Source: an uncultured Acidimicrobiales bacterium
GTDB taxonomy: Bacteria; Actinomycetota; Acidimicrobiia; Acidimicrobiales; SHLQ01
DNA: 62,665 nt
Assembly (NCBI GenBank): GCA_964441145.1
Contig: CAYTUB010000004.1
Span: 1 to 62,665, forward strand
Direction: 5' to 3'
Shown here: in pieces, positions 1 through 9,373 of the stretch
How positions within the stretch are numbered: position 1 is the stretch's first letter
Layout: each line of letters opens with the position of its first letter
The notes under the pieces: generated by a model
The model's input: the letters and a program-made list of their open reading frames with translations, nothing else
Told to the model about the DNA's origin: nothing
Databases searched by the model: none
Made by a program: the position numbers and the translations under genes

Positions 1-237
1 ATGCGCGACATCGCGAGCTCAGCAGCCGGCAACCTGCGGGTGCCTTCGAGCAAGTCAGTTAGCGAGACAGCCCGTCCGGGCTGAGGACCGACGAGCCAGC
101 AGACAACCCAGGCCGACCGATGCGAGTCGCCTCACTCACTCAAGGAATAGGTATCGAAAATCAGAGTCGCATTGGCGTTGGCGAGCACCTGGAGTTGGTC
201 AGACTCGCGCTCGGGCAGTGTCGAGGGCACACCGGCG

Positions 238-1677
238 TTAGTAGCTGCGAGCGAGGGCGACCAGGGTGCGCACTCCGAAGCCGGTTCCACCCTTGCGGGT
301 TTCGACGTTCTCCTTGTCGGTAAATGCTGGGCCCGCAATATCGAGGTGCACCCACGGGATGTCTTCGCCGACGAACTCCTGGAGCAGCAACCCGGCCGTG
401 AGCGCTCCACCAGAGGGGCCGCCGATGTTCTTCATGTCGGCAATGGGCGAGTCGATCATCGACTTGTAGTCGTCGGGCAGGGGCAGACGCCACAAACGTT
501 CGCCAGCCGTCTCTGAAGCGTCGATCACCGACCGGGCAAAGTCGTCGTCGTTCGCCATGAGCCCGGCAATGTCTGGACCGAGCGCCGCCATGCACGCCCC
601 GGTAAGGGTGGCGAGATCGATGATGGCATCGGGCTTTGCCTCGGTAGCCAGGCTCAAGGCATCGGCCAGAACCAGTCGACCCTCGGCGTCGGTGTTGAGC
701 ACTTCGATGGTCTTGCCGTTGCGAATCTTCAAGACATCGCCAGGACGGGTGGCGTCGCCGCCCAACATGTTGTCGGTCATTGGCACGTACGCCCGTACGC
801 GAACCTTGGCCCCCACAGCCTTGAGCGCCGACATAGCGCCGATGACCGCGGCTGCGCCACCCATGTCGCTCTTCATGGTCATCATGCCTTTGCCGGTCTT
901 GATCGACAGACCACCGGCGTCAAAGGTGATGCCCTTGCCCACGAAAGCAATCGTTCCCGTTGGCTTAGACGGCGAATAGGTCAGCTCCACAAACCGCGGA
1001 TGATGCGTCGAGCCACGGTTCACACCGAGGAGGCCACCAAGCTTTGCCTTCTTGATCGCGGCGAGGTCCATCACCTTGCACTGCAATCCAGCCTTCTTGG
1101 CCATGGCCTGCACGCGCTTGGCCATCTCCGGAGGAGTCAGTGTGCCTCCCGGTTCGTTGACCAGATCACGGGCGAAGCTCTGCCCAGCGGCAATCGCCGA
1201 ACCAACTTCGAGTCCCTTGCGAACCGCCGCCGATGTTGTGCCTGCAACGGTGACCTTGGTCAGGTCATTGCGTGCGGGCTTGCCCTTGTACTTCTCGAAG
1301 CGGTAGCTGCCGAGTTGCAGCCCCTCGGCCAAAGCCTCGGCGCATACGCCTTGGTCAAGCCCGTCGATTGCCGCGACCGCATCGGCGAGCAACGTCGTGG
1401 CGATTGTCTTATGGCGGCGCGCAGCGCGAGCCAAACTCGCACCCGCCTTGCGAAGCACAGCCGGATCGAAATCTTCGCTCTTTCCAAGCCCAACCGCAGC
1501 GCGCAAACCATCGGCAGTCTCCACGATCATCGTCTTGCCCAAGCCAGCGTCAAAGCCTCGGGATTCGAGCGCATCTTTGGGAAGAAGTTCGGGCCGGTCG
1601 AGGTCAGAGAACACGCCAACGCCAACGAGCTTTGTTGCGGTGGGTGCGGAGCGTGCGGTGGTGATCGTAAGAGCCAT
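238..1677 (-). CDS. pepA: Leucyl aminopeptidase (M17 family)
   Basis: 479-aa ORF with M17 signatures VGKGITFDAGGLSIK and NTDAEGRLVLADAL. Confidence 0.93.
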   Translation of the reverse strand: MALTITTARSAPTATKLVGVGVFSDLDRPELLPKDALESRGFDAGLGKTMIVETADGLRAAVGLGKSEDFDPAVLRKAGASLARAARRHKTIATTLLADAVAAIDGLDQGVCAEALAEGLQLGSYRFEKYKGKPARNDLTKVTVAGTTSAAVRKGLEVGSAIAAGQSFARDLVNEPGGTLTPPEMAKRVQAMAKKAGLQCKVMDLAAIKKAKLGGLLGVNRGSTHHPRFVELTYSPSKPTGTIAFVGKGITFDAGGLSIKTGKGMMTMKSDMGGAAAVIGAMSALKAVGAKVRVRAYVPMTDNMLGGDATRPGDVLKIRNGKTIEVLNTDAEGRLVLADALSLATEAKPDAIIDLATLTGACMAALGPDIAGLMANDDDFARSVIDASETAGERLWRLPLPDDYKSMIDSPIADMKNIGGPSGGALTAGLLLQEFVGEDIPWVHLDIAGPAFTDKENVETRKGGTGFGVRTLVALARSY

Positions 1678-1804
1678 GGCCCAACGCTAGTCCCGCCGGG
1701 ATGTCTACGGGGCGAGCACTGGCGCCAACACGTCCTGACTTGAACAAGCAACGTTGTACAACAAGGCGCGTGTCGCTAAGCCCGACCGCCTAGGTTGTGC
1801 GTCG

Positions 1805-2467
1805 ATGGCGCCAACGACCGACTGGAACCCGATTCTTCGCGATGAGTTCGACCAGGACTACTGGCGCGAACTTCAAGCGTTCGTCGCATCGGAGCGAAGC
1901 GAACACACCGTCTATCCCCCGCACGACGACGTCTTTCGGGCGCTTCACCTGACGCCATATGCCAACACCCGGGTGATGATTCTCGGCCAGGATCCCTATC
2001 ACGGCCCCGGTCAAGCCAACGGGCTTGCGTTCTCGGTTGCCGACGGAATCGACATTCCTCCCAGCCTGCGAAACATCCACAAAGAACTCGAATCCGATCT
2101 CGGCGTCGCGCCGCCGGGGCACGGCAACCTCGAGGCGTGGGCCAAATCTGGTGTGCTACTGCTCAACGCGACGCTCACCGTCAGGGCCCGCACCGCGGCG
2201 TCTCATCAAAAGCGTGGCTGGGAGACCTTCACCGACCGGATGATCGAAGCTATAAGCGCCAAGACCGAACGAGTAGTGTTCATCTTGTGGGGGGCGTCCG
2301 CGCGAAAGAAGAAGGCCTTGATCGACTCTGGAACCCACGTCGTGATCGAAAGCCCACACCCCTCTCCCCTGTCGGCCCATCGAGGCTTCTTTGGCAGCAA
2401 GCCTTTCTCGGCGGCCAACGCCGCCCTCACCGAAGCCGGCCTCCAACCCGTTAGTTGGGAACTATGA
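1805..2467 (+). CDS. ung: Uracil-DNA glycosylase (family 1)
   Basis: Motifs GQDPYHGPGQANGLAFSV and HPSPLSA. The ATG at 1805 (MAPTTDWNP...) is preferred over the ORF-track start at 1754. Confidence 0.92.
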   Translation: MAPTTDWNPILRDEFDQDYWRELQAFVASERSEHTVYPPHDDVFRALHLTPYANTRVMILGQDPYHGPGQANGLAFSVADGIDIPPSLRNIHKELESDLGVAPPGHGNLEAWAKSGVLLLNATLTVRARTAASHQKRGWETFTDRMIEAISAKTERVVFILWGASARKKKALIDSGTHVVIESPHPSPLSAHRGFFGSKPFSAANAALTEAGLQPVSWEL

Positions 2468-2522
2468 CTCTCACAAGCCTTCCGGTTGCCTCGGATCTCC
2501 GTCGGAAGTACGGAGAAAAGTA

Positions 2523-3824
2523 ATGGGCGCGGGACATTCGCACGGCCACAGCCACGACCATGAACTTCCCGGTGGCGGCTGGGAACACTGGCTGGGTTCG
2601 CCGCGGCTACGCGGCGTGCTCGGCATCCTCGTCGTGGCCTTCATCGGCGCAGTTATTGGATTGTTCGTGCTGTGGCCCACGGGCGAAGGCCGAGTCGCCG
2701 CCCTCGATGCCGCCGACGAAGTGGGGCTTGCAACCGATCGGGTCCGTGCCGACATCGTCAGCTCTGCGACTCAGGAGTGTTCCTTTGCAACACCGGAGCG
2801 CCCGGTGCAGTGCCGGTTGCTCAACCTCGACATTCTCGAAGGCCCTGACGCCGGTTCGGTCATTGCTCTGCCCGAGATCAACTTAGATATCGAGCGCGGC
2901 CTGCCCGAGTTTGATCCCGGCGACCGGGTCATCCTCGGGTACGCTCCGCCAACCGATACGTACTTCTACGAAGACGTCGAGCGTTCGAACACGCTGATCA
3001 TTCTCACCGTCATCTTCGTGGTGGTCGTGATCGCTTTCGCCCGTGTGCGCGGCATTCTGGCGCTCATCGCCATGGCTGCCACAGTGGCCGTGCTTGTCGG
3101 ATTCGTCGCGCCCAGCGTGCTCGACGGCAATGACCCGGTGGCCGTCGCGATCGTCGCGGCCATCGTGATCGCGTTCGTGAGCCTCTTCCTTACCCACGGC
3201 TTCACGCCCACCACTGCGGTTGCGCTCGCCGGAACCCTGTCCGCGCTTGGGCTGACTTTGGTGTTGTCCTGGGTCTTCTTTGGTCTCGCGGGGTTCAACG
3301 GCTTCGCCGATGGCGAAGCGCTGCTGCTCCCGATCCTTGCTCCGGATCTGCGGGTGAGCTCGCTCCTTCTCGGCGGTGCGGTCATCGGCGCACTCGGCGC
3401 GCTCGACGACGTCACGGTCACGCAAGTCGCAACAGTTGCCGAGCTCCGCCGAAACAACGCGTCGATGCCAGCCAGCGAACTGATCGCTTCGGGCATTCGA
3501 GTCGGACGCGACCACATTGCCGCCACGGTCAACACCTTGCTGCTCGCCTACGCCGGCGCCAGCCTTCCGATCCTGTTGCTGTTTGCAGCGTCGGATCAAT
3601 CGCTCGGCATCGTCGCCAACTCTGAGGTGGTCGCCGTCGAAATCGCCCGAACGTTGTGCGGATCGATCGGGCTGATCGCTGCCGTTCCCTTTACGACGGG
3701 TCTGGCGGCAGGGGTGCTTCCTCCAACCGAGGCGGAACCTGACTCTGCGTCGTCGCAGAATGCTGACCCTGCGCTACGGGACGGTCCGAGTTGGGATGAC
3801 TTTGCTCCCGACGATCCGCAGTAG
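2523..3824 (+). CDS. YibE/F-like multi-pass membrane protein with His-rich N-terminus
   Basis: The ATG at 2523 gives MGAGHSHGHSHDHE..., followed by many hydrophobic helices with a YibE/F-like layout. The ORF-track start at 2391 overlaps ung and is less likely. Confidence 0.7.
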   Translation: MGAGHSHGHSHDHELPGGGWEHWLGSPRLRGVLGILVVAFIGAVIGLFVLWPTGEGRVAALDAADEVGLATDRVRADIVSSATQECSFATPERPVQCRLLNLDILEGPDAGSVIALPEINLDIERGLPEFDPGDRVILGYAPPTDTYFYEDVERSNTLIILTVIFVVVVIAFARVRGILALIAMAATVAVLVGFVAPSVLDGNDPVAVAIVAAIVIAFVSLFLTHGFTPTTAVALAGTLSALGLTLVLSWVFFGLAGFNGFADGEALLLPILAPDLRVSSLLLGGAVIGALGALDDVTVTQVATVAELRRNNASMPASELIASGIRVGRDHIAATVNTLLLAYAGASLPILLLFAASDQSLGIVANSEVVAVEIARTLCGSIGLIAAVPFTTGLAAGVLPPTEAEPDSASSQNADPALRDGPSWDDFAPDDPQ

Positions 3825-4695
3825 CAGATCTCTCTTGGGAGGCGCGGAGTTCGCCTCGCACCACGAAGACCAAGGCGAGCCAGATCCATGCAAACCCGAG
3901 CAGTCGGGCTGCCGTTACCTCTTCACCAAAGAGCTGCCATCCCACCAGGAACTGCAGGGTTGGGTTGATGTATTGCAGCAACCCAACCGCCGTTAGTGAC
4001 ACGGTCCGAGCTGCCGAGGCAAACAAGAGTAACGGGACGATGGTGACGAACCCGGTTGCGACGATGAGCGCCATTGTCGTGACTTCCCCGTCGCCCAACA
4101 CCTCGGTGCCGCCGCCTGCTCGCCACAGCACCAGTCCAACGACGAACGGGCCAACGAGTGACATTTCAAACGTGAGGCCGTCGACGCTGTTCCAGGGCCC
4201 AACCTTTCGAGCCCAGCCATAGAGCGCGAAGCTCGACCCGAGCGCGAGCGCTACCCATGGCACGGCGCCGATCACCACGAAGGTCCACACCAAGCCAATG
4301 GTCGCAAGCCCTAGGGCGATTCGTTGGTTAGTGCTCAGTCGCTCGCCGAGCGCAAGAACCCCGAGCGCTACCGACATCAATGGCATTAGGAAATAGCCGA
4401 GAGCTGCTTCCACGGCTTGGTCGTTGTCGATCGCCCAAAGAAAGACCGCCCAGTTCACGGCGATGAGAAAGGCAGACAGCGCCCCGAACCACATATGACG
4501 AGGGGTCAGCTCAGCAAAGGGATGGTTTCTGCGAGCCAACGACCACACCAGCAAGAACAGCGCGCCAAAGCCCACCCGGAATCCCAGTTGATCGACAGGC
4601 GCCACCGTGTCGAGGGCACGCCAAAAGATCGCGGAGAGCCCCCACCACGAATACGCGAGGATCACAAAGATCACCGCACGGCGCGAATTGTTCAC
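3691..4695 (-). CDS. rarD: EamA/DMT-family transporter, RarD-like
   Basis: Ten-helix hydrophobic profile and an N-terminus VIFVILAYSWWGLSAIFWRAL typical of RarD/EamA. The GTG start at 4695 overlaps the upstream stop by 1 nt. The low-complexity C-terminal tail overlaps the convergent gene. Confidence 0.72.
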   Translation of the reverse strand: MNNSRRAVIFVILAYSWWGLSAIFWRALDTVAPVDQLGFRVGFGALFLLVWSLARRNHPFAELTPRHMWFGALSAFLIAVNWAVFLWAIDNDQAVEAALGYFLMPLMSVALGVLALGERLSTNQRIALGLATIGLVWTFVVIGAVPWVALALGSSFALYGWARKVGPWNSVDGLTFEMSLVGPFVVGLVLWRAGGGTEVLGDGEVTTMALIVATGFVTIVPLLLFASAARTVSLTAVGLLQYINPTLQFLVGWQLFGEEVTAARLLGFAWIWLALVFVVRGELRASQERSATADRREQSHPNSDRPVAQGQHSATTQSQVPPRLEEAPLPPDPS

Positions 4696-5375
4696 TACGC
4701 CCGCTCCCCCAGCTCAAGTTGACGACACTCTCGATTGCCCCAACGCTTGCAGACCTCGGCCACGGGCTCCAATGTCGAGCGGAAAAGGTCGTATTCGTCG
4801 TCGAAGCAGTGATACTCGCCACCGGGGTCTCGAGCATCGGTGATTCGGGTTCGGGCGTCGACCGCGGCGCATTCAGCCCAGGCTTCGGTTCCCAGGCCAC
4901 CTTTTCGATCGTCGGCCGATGGCTCCCACAGCGCGAAGTCGAGAAGATGCCCGATTTCGTGGTCGATCAACTCGTCGAGGCGATCCTCATTCCAGGGGCG
5001 AAAGTCCAGGGTGATGACTCCATCAGGCGGGTTGTTGGTAACAAACGCGCCCACGTTGGGCCGCTCGATATCGGAGAGGACGATGTCTTCGACGAGCCAT
5101 CCCAGAGGCGAGTCGTTCACCTCCGCCCATGCAGCCGCTTCGATTTCTGCCGGGGTGCGAAAGTCGGGGCTGGTCGCCACGCTGTCGGCCAACGTCAACA
5201 CGCCCCCGAGCGCCATGGCCGACGCGACGAAGAGCCCGAGCAACCTCGGAGCGCGTCCCATCCGTTGGCTGCGCGGAGGCAGCGGTTCGCTTTGCCCACC
5301 AAAGAGCTCTTCGAACTCCTCCTCGGTGAACATGTCGTCGTCGCCATCGGGCGCACTTGTTGGGATCTCACTCAT
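4695..5375 (-). CDS. Membrane-anchored zincin-like (HExxH) protein, function unknown
   Basis: Acidic N-terminus, one TM helix (LLGLFVASAMALGGVLTL), an extracytoplasmic domain with HEIGH and four Cys. The ATG at 5375 forms an ATGA overlap with the ligD-pol stop. Confidence 0.55.
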   Translation of the reverse strand: MSEIPTSAPDGDDDMFTEEEFEELFGGQSEPLPPRSQRMGRAPRLLGLFVASAMALGGVLTLADSVATSPDFRTPAEIEAAAWAEVNDSPLGWLVEDIVLSDIERPNVGAFVTNNPPDGVITLDFRPWNEDRLDELIDHEIGHLLDFALWEPSADDRKGGLGTEAWAECAAVDARTRITDARDPGGEYHCFDDEYDLFRSTLEPVAEVCKRWGNRECRQLELGERA

Positions 5376-6277
5376 TGGCCGACCGGCAATGTTTGTTCGA
5401 GCGTGGGGACCTCTTCCCAAAGGTCACCCACATCTGCGACCCGATCGAGAACGTCAGCGGACTCAAACCCCAGCCACTCTCCATCGGCGCCGTCGCTCAC
5501 TTCATCCCAGGTGATCGGCGTCGACACGGTCGGGCGCTCCTTGCCCCGGAGCGAATAGGGGGCAATCGTCGTCTTGTGCCGGGTGTTTTGGCTCCAGTCG
5601 ATGAAGATCTTCCCATTCCGTTCTTTGCGCGCCATGTTCGACGTCACGTCAGCCGGTCTTTGCTGTTCGAGCAACTGCGCGACGGCGAGCGCGAAATCAG
5701 AAGCATGACTGTGGGTGTGCGGTGTATTGAGTGGCACATAGAGCTGCAAGCCCTTCGAGCCAGAGGTCTTGGCGAAGCTGCGCAGCCCGACGGTCTCTAA
5801 CACCTCCGCGATCGAGAGAGCGACCTGGCAACACTCGACCACCGTGGCGGGCTCGCCGGGATCGAGGTCAAAGACGACGATGGTGGGCGACTCGATATCG
5901 ACACATCGCGCCATCGGAGCGTGGATTTCGAGAGCCGCCAGATTTGCCGACCATGCGAGAGCTGCTACCTCTGACAGCACCGGATACTCGATGCCCTTGC
6001 CCTTGTCTCCGGGGCCAACGCACGTGCTCACCCAATCAGGGCGATGACCAGGGGCTCGCTTGTTGAAGAACGGCTCCGCGGTTACACCATCGGGCCACCG
6101 CTTGAAGGTGATCCCTCGGTCGGCAATGTGGGGCAACATTGCCGAGGCGATGCTCACGTAGTACTCGATGACCTGCCCCTTCGTGAACCCCACCATGGGG
6201 TACAGCACCTTCTCCAGATTCGTTACCTTCAGCGTCCGACCGGCAATCTCGGTGCGAATAGGAACGGGGGTAGCCAC
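5372..6277 (-). CDS. ligD: NHEJ polymerase/primase domain protein (stand-alone LigD PolDom)
   Basis: 301 aa with LKVTNLEKVLYP, FDLDP, SGSKGLQLYVPL and IDWSQN, the archaeo-eukaryotic primase-type LigD polymerase motifs. No ligase or phosphoesterase domain is attached. Confidence 0.88.
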   Translation of the reverse strand: MATPVPIRTEIAGRTLKVTNLEKVLYPMVGFTKGQVIEYYVSIASAMLPHIADRGITFKRWPDGVTAEPFFNKRAPGHRPDWVSTCVGPGDKGKGIEYPVLSEVAALAWSANLAALEIHAPMARCVDIESPTIVVFDLDPGEPATVVECCQVALSIAEVLETVGLRSFAKTSGSKGLQLYVPLNTPHTHSHASDFALAVAQLLEQQRPADVTSNMARKERNGKIFIDWSQNTRHKTTIAPYSLRGKERPTVSTPITWDEVSDGADGEWLGFESADVLDRVADVGDLWEEVPTLEQTLPVGQ

Positions 6278-6348
6278 CCACCAAACCGTATCTTCAACAC
6301 GGCGTGGGCGGCTAGCGGCCGATTGCAGCGGGCTGCAATCGGATGGGG

Positions 6349-7275
6349 CTAGGAGGCTTTCTTGACCTTCTTGGCTGCGGCCTTCTTCTTCGTGGTTGCT
6401 TTCGCCGCCTTGGCCTTCTTTGCTGGAGCCTTCTTCTTGGCTGCCGGCTTCTTGGCCTTGGCTTTCTTCGCCGTTGGGTGACGAGTGCGAGCCTGTTTGG
6501 CCGCGGCGACCGATGCTTCGAGGGCTGCCATCAGGTCAACTACCGACCCGACCTCTTCCTCATCGACTGGCGCAGCGACGGTTTCCTCGCCCGCCGCCTT
6601 GCGGTCGATCAGCCCGAGCACGGCCTCGCGATAGGTATCGGTGTGTTTCTCGGGCGCGAAGTCAGCTTCGAGCGACGAGATGAGTTGCCGGGCCATGTCG
6701 ACTTCTTTGTCGGCGATCTCGATGTCGTCGAGCCCATCGAAGAGTTCCACTTCGGCCGGTGCGACGATCTCGTCGGCGTACACCATCGTCGACAACACGA
6801 GCTTTCCGTCGACTGGCCGGATCGCCGCCAGATACTGCTTTGTCCGCATGACGAAGCGGGCGATACCGACCTTGCCCGCTTCTTCCATTGCGGTGACGAG
6901 CAGCTTGTAGGGCTTTTGCGTATCGGCACTCGGCGCCAAGTAATAGGCGGCGTCATAAAAGACTGGGTCGATGTCGGCCAGGTCGACGAACTCTTCGAGG
7001 TCGATGGTTTTGGCAGCAGCCGGATCGAGTGCGTCGAGTTCGGCGGGAGTGATCGTGACGTATTCGCCGTTGGCGAGCTCGTAGCCCTTGACGATGTCTT
7101 CGTAGGCGACCTCTTCTCCGGTGACCGCGGAAACCCGCTTCTGTTTGATGCGACCTCCGGTCGCGGCCTCGAGTTGATTGAAGCGCACGTTCTTGCGACT
7201 TACCGCGCTGAAGAGCTTCACAGGGATGTTCACCAACCCGAAGCTCACCGAGCCAGACCAAATAGGACGTGCCAT
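6349..7275 (-). CDS. ku: Ku DNA end-binding protein with Lys/Ala-rich C-terminal tail
   Basis: N-terminus MARPIWSGSVSFGLVNIPVKLFSA is canonical bacterial Ku. The C-terminus is a KKAKAKKPAAKKK-type basic tail. Confidence 0.93.
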   Translation of the reverse strand: MARPIWSGSVSFGLVNIPVKLFSAVSRKNVRFNQLEAATGGRIKQKRVSAVTGEEVAYEDIVKGYELANGEYVTITPAELDALDPAAAKTIDLEEFVDLADIDPVFYDAAYYLAPSADTQKPYKLLVTAMEEAGKVGIARFVMRTKQYLAAIRPVDGKLVLSTMVYADEIVAPAEVELFDGLDDIEIADKEVDMARQLISSLEADFAPEKHTDTYREAVLGLIDRKAAGEETVAAPVDEEEVGSVVDLMAALEASVAAAKQARTRHPTAKKAKAKKPAAKKKAPAKKAKAAKATTKKKAAAKKVKKAS

Positions 7276-7347
7276 ATCTCAAGTATCGGACATTCTGGCG
7301 TTCCTGTGAAATGACGGTGTTAAATGAACGCCTCATAGACTTGCGCA

Positions 7348-8202
7348 GTGATCGCTCTCGACGCCGCCACCGTCATGATCCAATGGGCTACCGGTGGGCT
7401 TGCGTTTCTCTGGATAACCACGCGCACCCGAACCGTTGGTCTCGGCTATGGCTGGCTGCAACGCGTCACGTTCATCACCTTTGGGATCATCGCCCTCGTC
7501 ATTGCCTTCTACACCCGCTGGGTCCCCGTTCGAGACATCGCGAACGTCTTGATGATCCTCGCCAGCAGTGTCGCCCTGTGGGTGTCGGTCGCCCGCAAGT
7601 CCGCGGGAGTCAAGGGTCAACGTGAAGTGATCGAACGTCGGTCGCGGCGGATCGCAGAGATGACCGGCATCGACAAGGAAGAAGAGCGCTTCGATAAGAA
7701 CGCCCCAGAATTTCCACCGGTTCTCGACGCCATCGCTCCCGTCTTTGGCCTGATCGCGGTGATCGCCGCCGGTGTTGACGCTGCCGACCCGGCGTGGCTC
7801 GGTGTGGTTCGCATCACGGTCGGCGCCTTCTTCCTCGGAGCGGTCAGTGACGCCATGTTGCTCGGCCACTGGTACCTGGTGCAGCCTGGCCTAAGCCGCC
7901 AACCACTCAACGAACTCGTCCGCTGGACCACAGCGCTCTGGCCTTTCGAACTGATCGTGCTGTTGATCCCCACCGGCATGTGGTCGGTGTTGAACGGCAC
8001 GATCGACGATGGCTTTGCCGGCCAGCTGGGATGGTTCTGGGCCGCGTCGAGCGTCGCCACGATCATTCTGCTCGGGCTCACGATCGTCATCTTGCGTGGC
8101 AAGGAGTACTCGGCGGTCATGGCGGCGACCGGCATGTTGTACCTGGCGATTCTGATGGCCTTCAGCATGGACCTCGTCGCCCGAGCCACGTTGCGAATCT
8201 GA
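7348..8202 (+). CDS. Polytopic membrane protein, unknown function
   Basis: 284-aa ORF from a GTG at 7348 with about 7-8 hydrophobic helices. The antisense ORFs are R/P/S-rich shadows. Confidence 0.6.
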   Translation: MIALDAATVMIQWATGGLAFLWITTRTRTVGLGYGWLQRVTFITFGIIALVIAFYTRWVPVRDIANVLMILASSVALWVSVARKSAGVKGQREVIERRSRRIAEMTGIDKEEERFDKNAPEFPPVLDAIAPVFGLIAVIAAGVDAADPAWLGVVRITVGAFFLGAVSDAMLLGHWYLVQPGLSRQPLNELVRWTTALWPFELIVLLIPTGMWSVLNGTIDDGFAGQLGWFWAASSVATIILLGLTIVILRGKEYSAVMAATGMLYLAILMAFSMDLVARATLRI

Positions 8203-8308
8203 ACCCGGCTGCATCTAACCACGACTGCATATAGGTCCGGCTGTCCAGCAGCATCGCTGACCTGAATGCCCGGTCAAGGCCATCCGCGAAATCGCCGACA
8301 ATACGGCC

Positions 8309-9121
8309 ATGTTGATGTTTCGGCGTTTCTGGTTGTCAACACTTCTGCTTCTCGGCGCGTGCTCGCCAAATTCTGAAATAGGTTCGCCAACCGCTCCATC
8401 TGGCGAAGACCCTCAACAGATCGCTATCCCCACGCCCACCACGCCCAACCAAGACATCGACGAAACGGTCCCCACCTCCCAAGAAACCGAGTTTGAAAGG
8501 CCCCCAAACTCGTTCGACACAACCATCTTCTTGCACGCCGATTCCGACGATGAAGCGTTCGAATCCGTTCGCGAAATCATCGGCCAGGTTGAGGACATTG
8601 CCTTTGTCGACCAGCAAGAGACCTATCTCGAATACATCGGGTTCTTCCCCGACGCCGCTGACACAGCGTCGCCAGAAGACATGCCGCCATCCTTTCGCGT
8701 TTCGCCTCGGGTATCGGCAGAGACGAGAGCCTCATTAGATGCCCATCCCGCCGTACGCCACATCGTGGAACCGACAATGCCAACGCTCGCAGAGGTTCGG
8801 CGCGAGCTCCGCTGGGCCAACGACCCTAGAAAGGACCTCAGCATCATCTACCTGCATGCAACCGTCGGGCCCGAGGAGGCGCAGCTTGTTCGAGACATCA
8901 TTGGCCCCTCGCTACCGGGGGTCTATTTCGTGGATCAAGAAGAGACGTATCGCGAGTTCACTTTCCTTAATGAGGGAGATCCCGCAACGCCCTCTTTGAC
9001 GGTTGACCTCATGCCACCCTCATGGAGGGTAGATCTCGACGGGGCCTCGCTACCTCCCGAACTCCAAGCGAAACTCGAAGCCAATGAGTTTGTTCGCAGC
9101 ATCACCAATGCGCAGAGTTGA
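8309..9121 (+). CDS. Lipoprotein with two FtsX-extracellular-domain-like repeats
   Basis: Lipobox LLLGAC. There are two internal modules (TIFLHAD...ETYLEYIGFF...MPPSFRVSP and IIYLHAT...ETYREFTFL...MPPSWRVDL) that resemble the FtsX periplasmic domain. Confidence 0.55.
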   Translation: MLMFRRFWLSTLLLLGACSPNSEIGSPTAPSGEDPQQIAIPTPTTPNQDIDETVPTSQETEFERPPNSFDTTIFLHADSDDEAFESVREIIGQVEDIAFVDQQETYLEYIGFFPDAADTASPEDMPPSFRVSPRVSAETRASLDAHPAVRHIVEPTMPTLAEVRRELRWANDPRKDLSIIYLHATVGPEEAQLVRDIIGPSLPGVYFVDQEETYREFTFLNEGDPATPSLTVDLMPPSWRVDLDGASLPPELQAKLEANEFVRSITNAQS

Positions 9122-9373
9122 ATGCCTCGGCAACAACTAGGTACTTGAGCAACAAAGACAATGCCCACATTGTTGACCAGGCACGCCGGGTTCCCCAGCT
9201 GATCACCTTGTTTGGTCGGGTAGCTGACATTTGCCCAGCGTCGCACACCGGCTACCTACGCCTATTTCGCAGTCCTGGTAGCTTTGCCAGTCACGGCAGC
9301 AGCGATGCCAAATTGTCGCAGCAAGCAATCCGCCCGTTACCCCCTGTCCCGTTACCCCTATAAGGATCACGAC

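Noticed and set aside
1-84. Open frame at the window start ending in a TGA at 82-84, possibly the 3' end of an upstream gene.
   Set aside because: Only 27 codons are visible and there is no recognisable motif. It cannot be supported as a feature.
9118-9363. 81-aa plus-strand ORF filling the gap between the FtsX-ECD-like lipoprotein and the DinB-like gene.
   Set aside because: Its codon usage and composition are unlike neighbouring genes, and I see no motif or convincing RBS. I treat it as non-coding. The region is noted only for its direct repeat.
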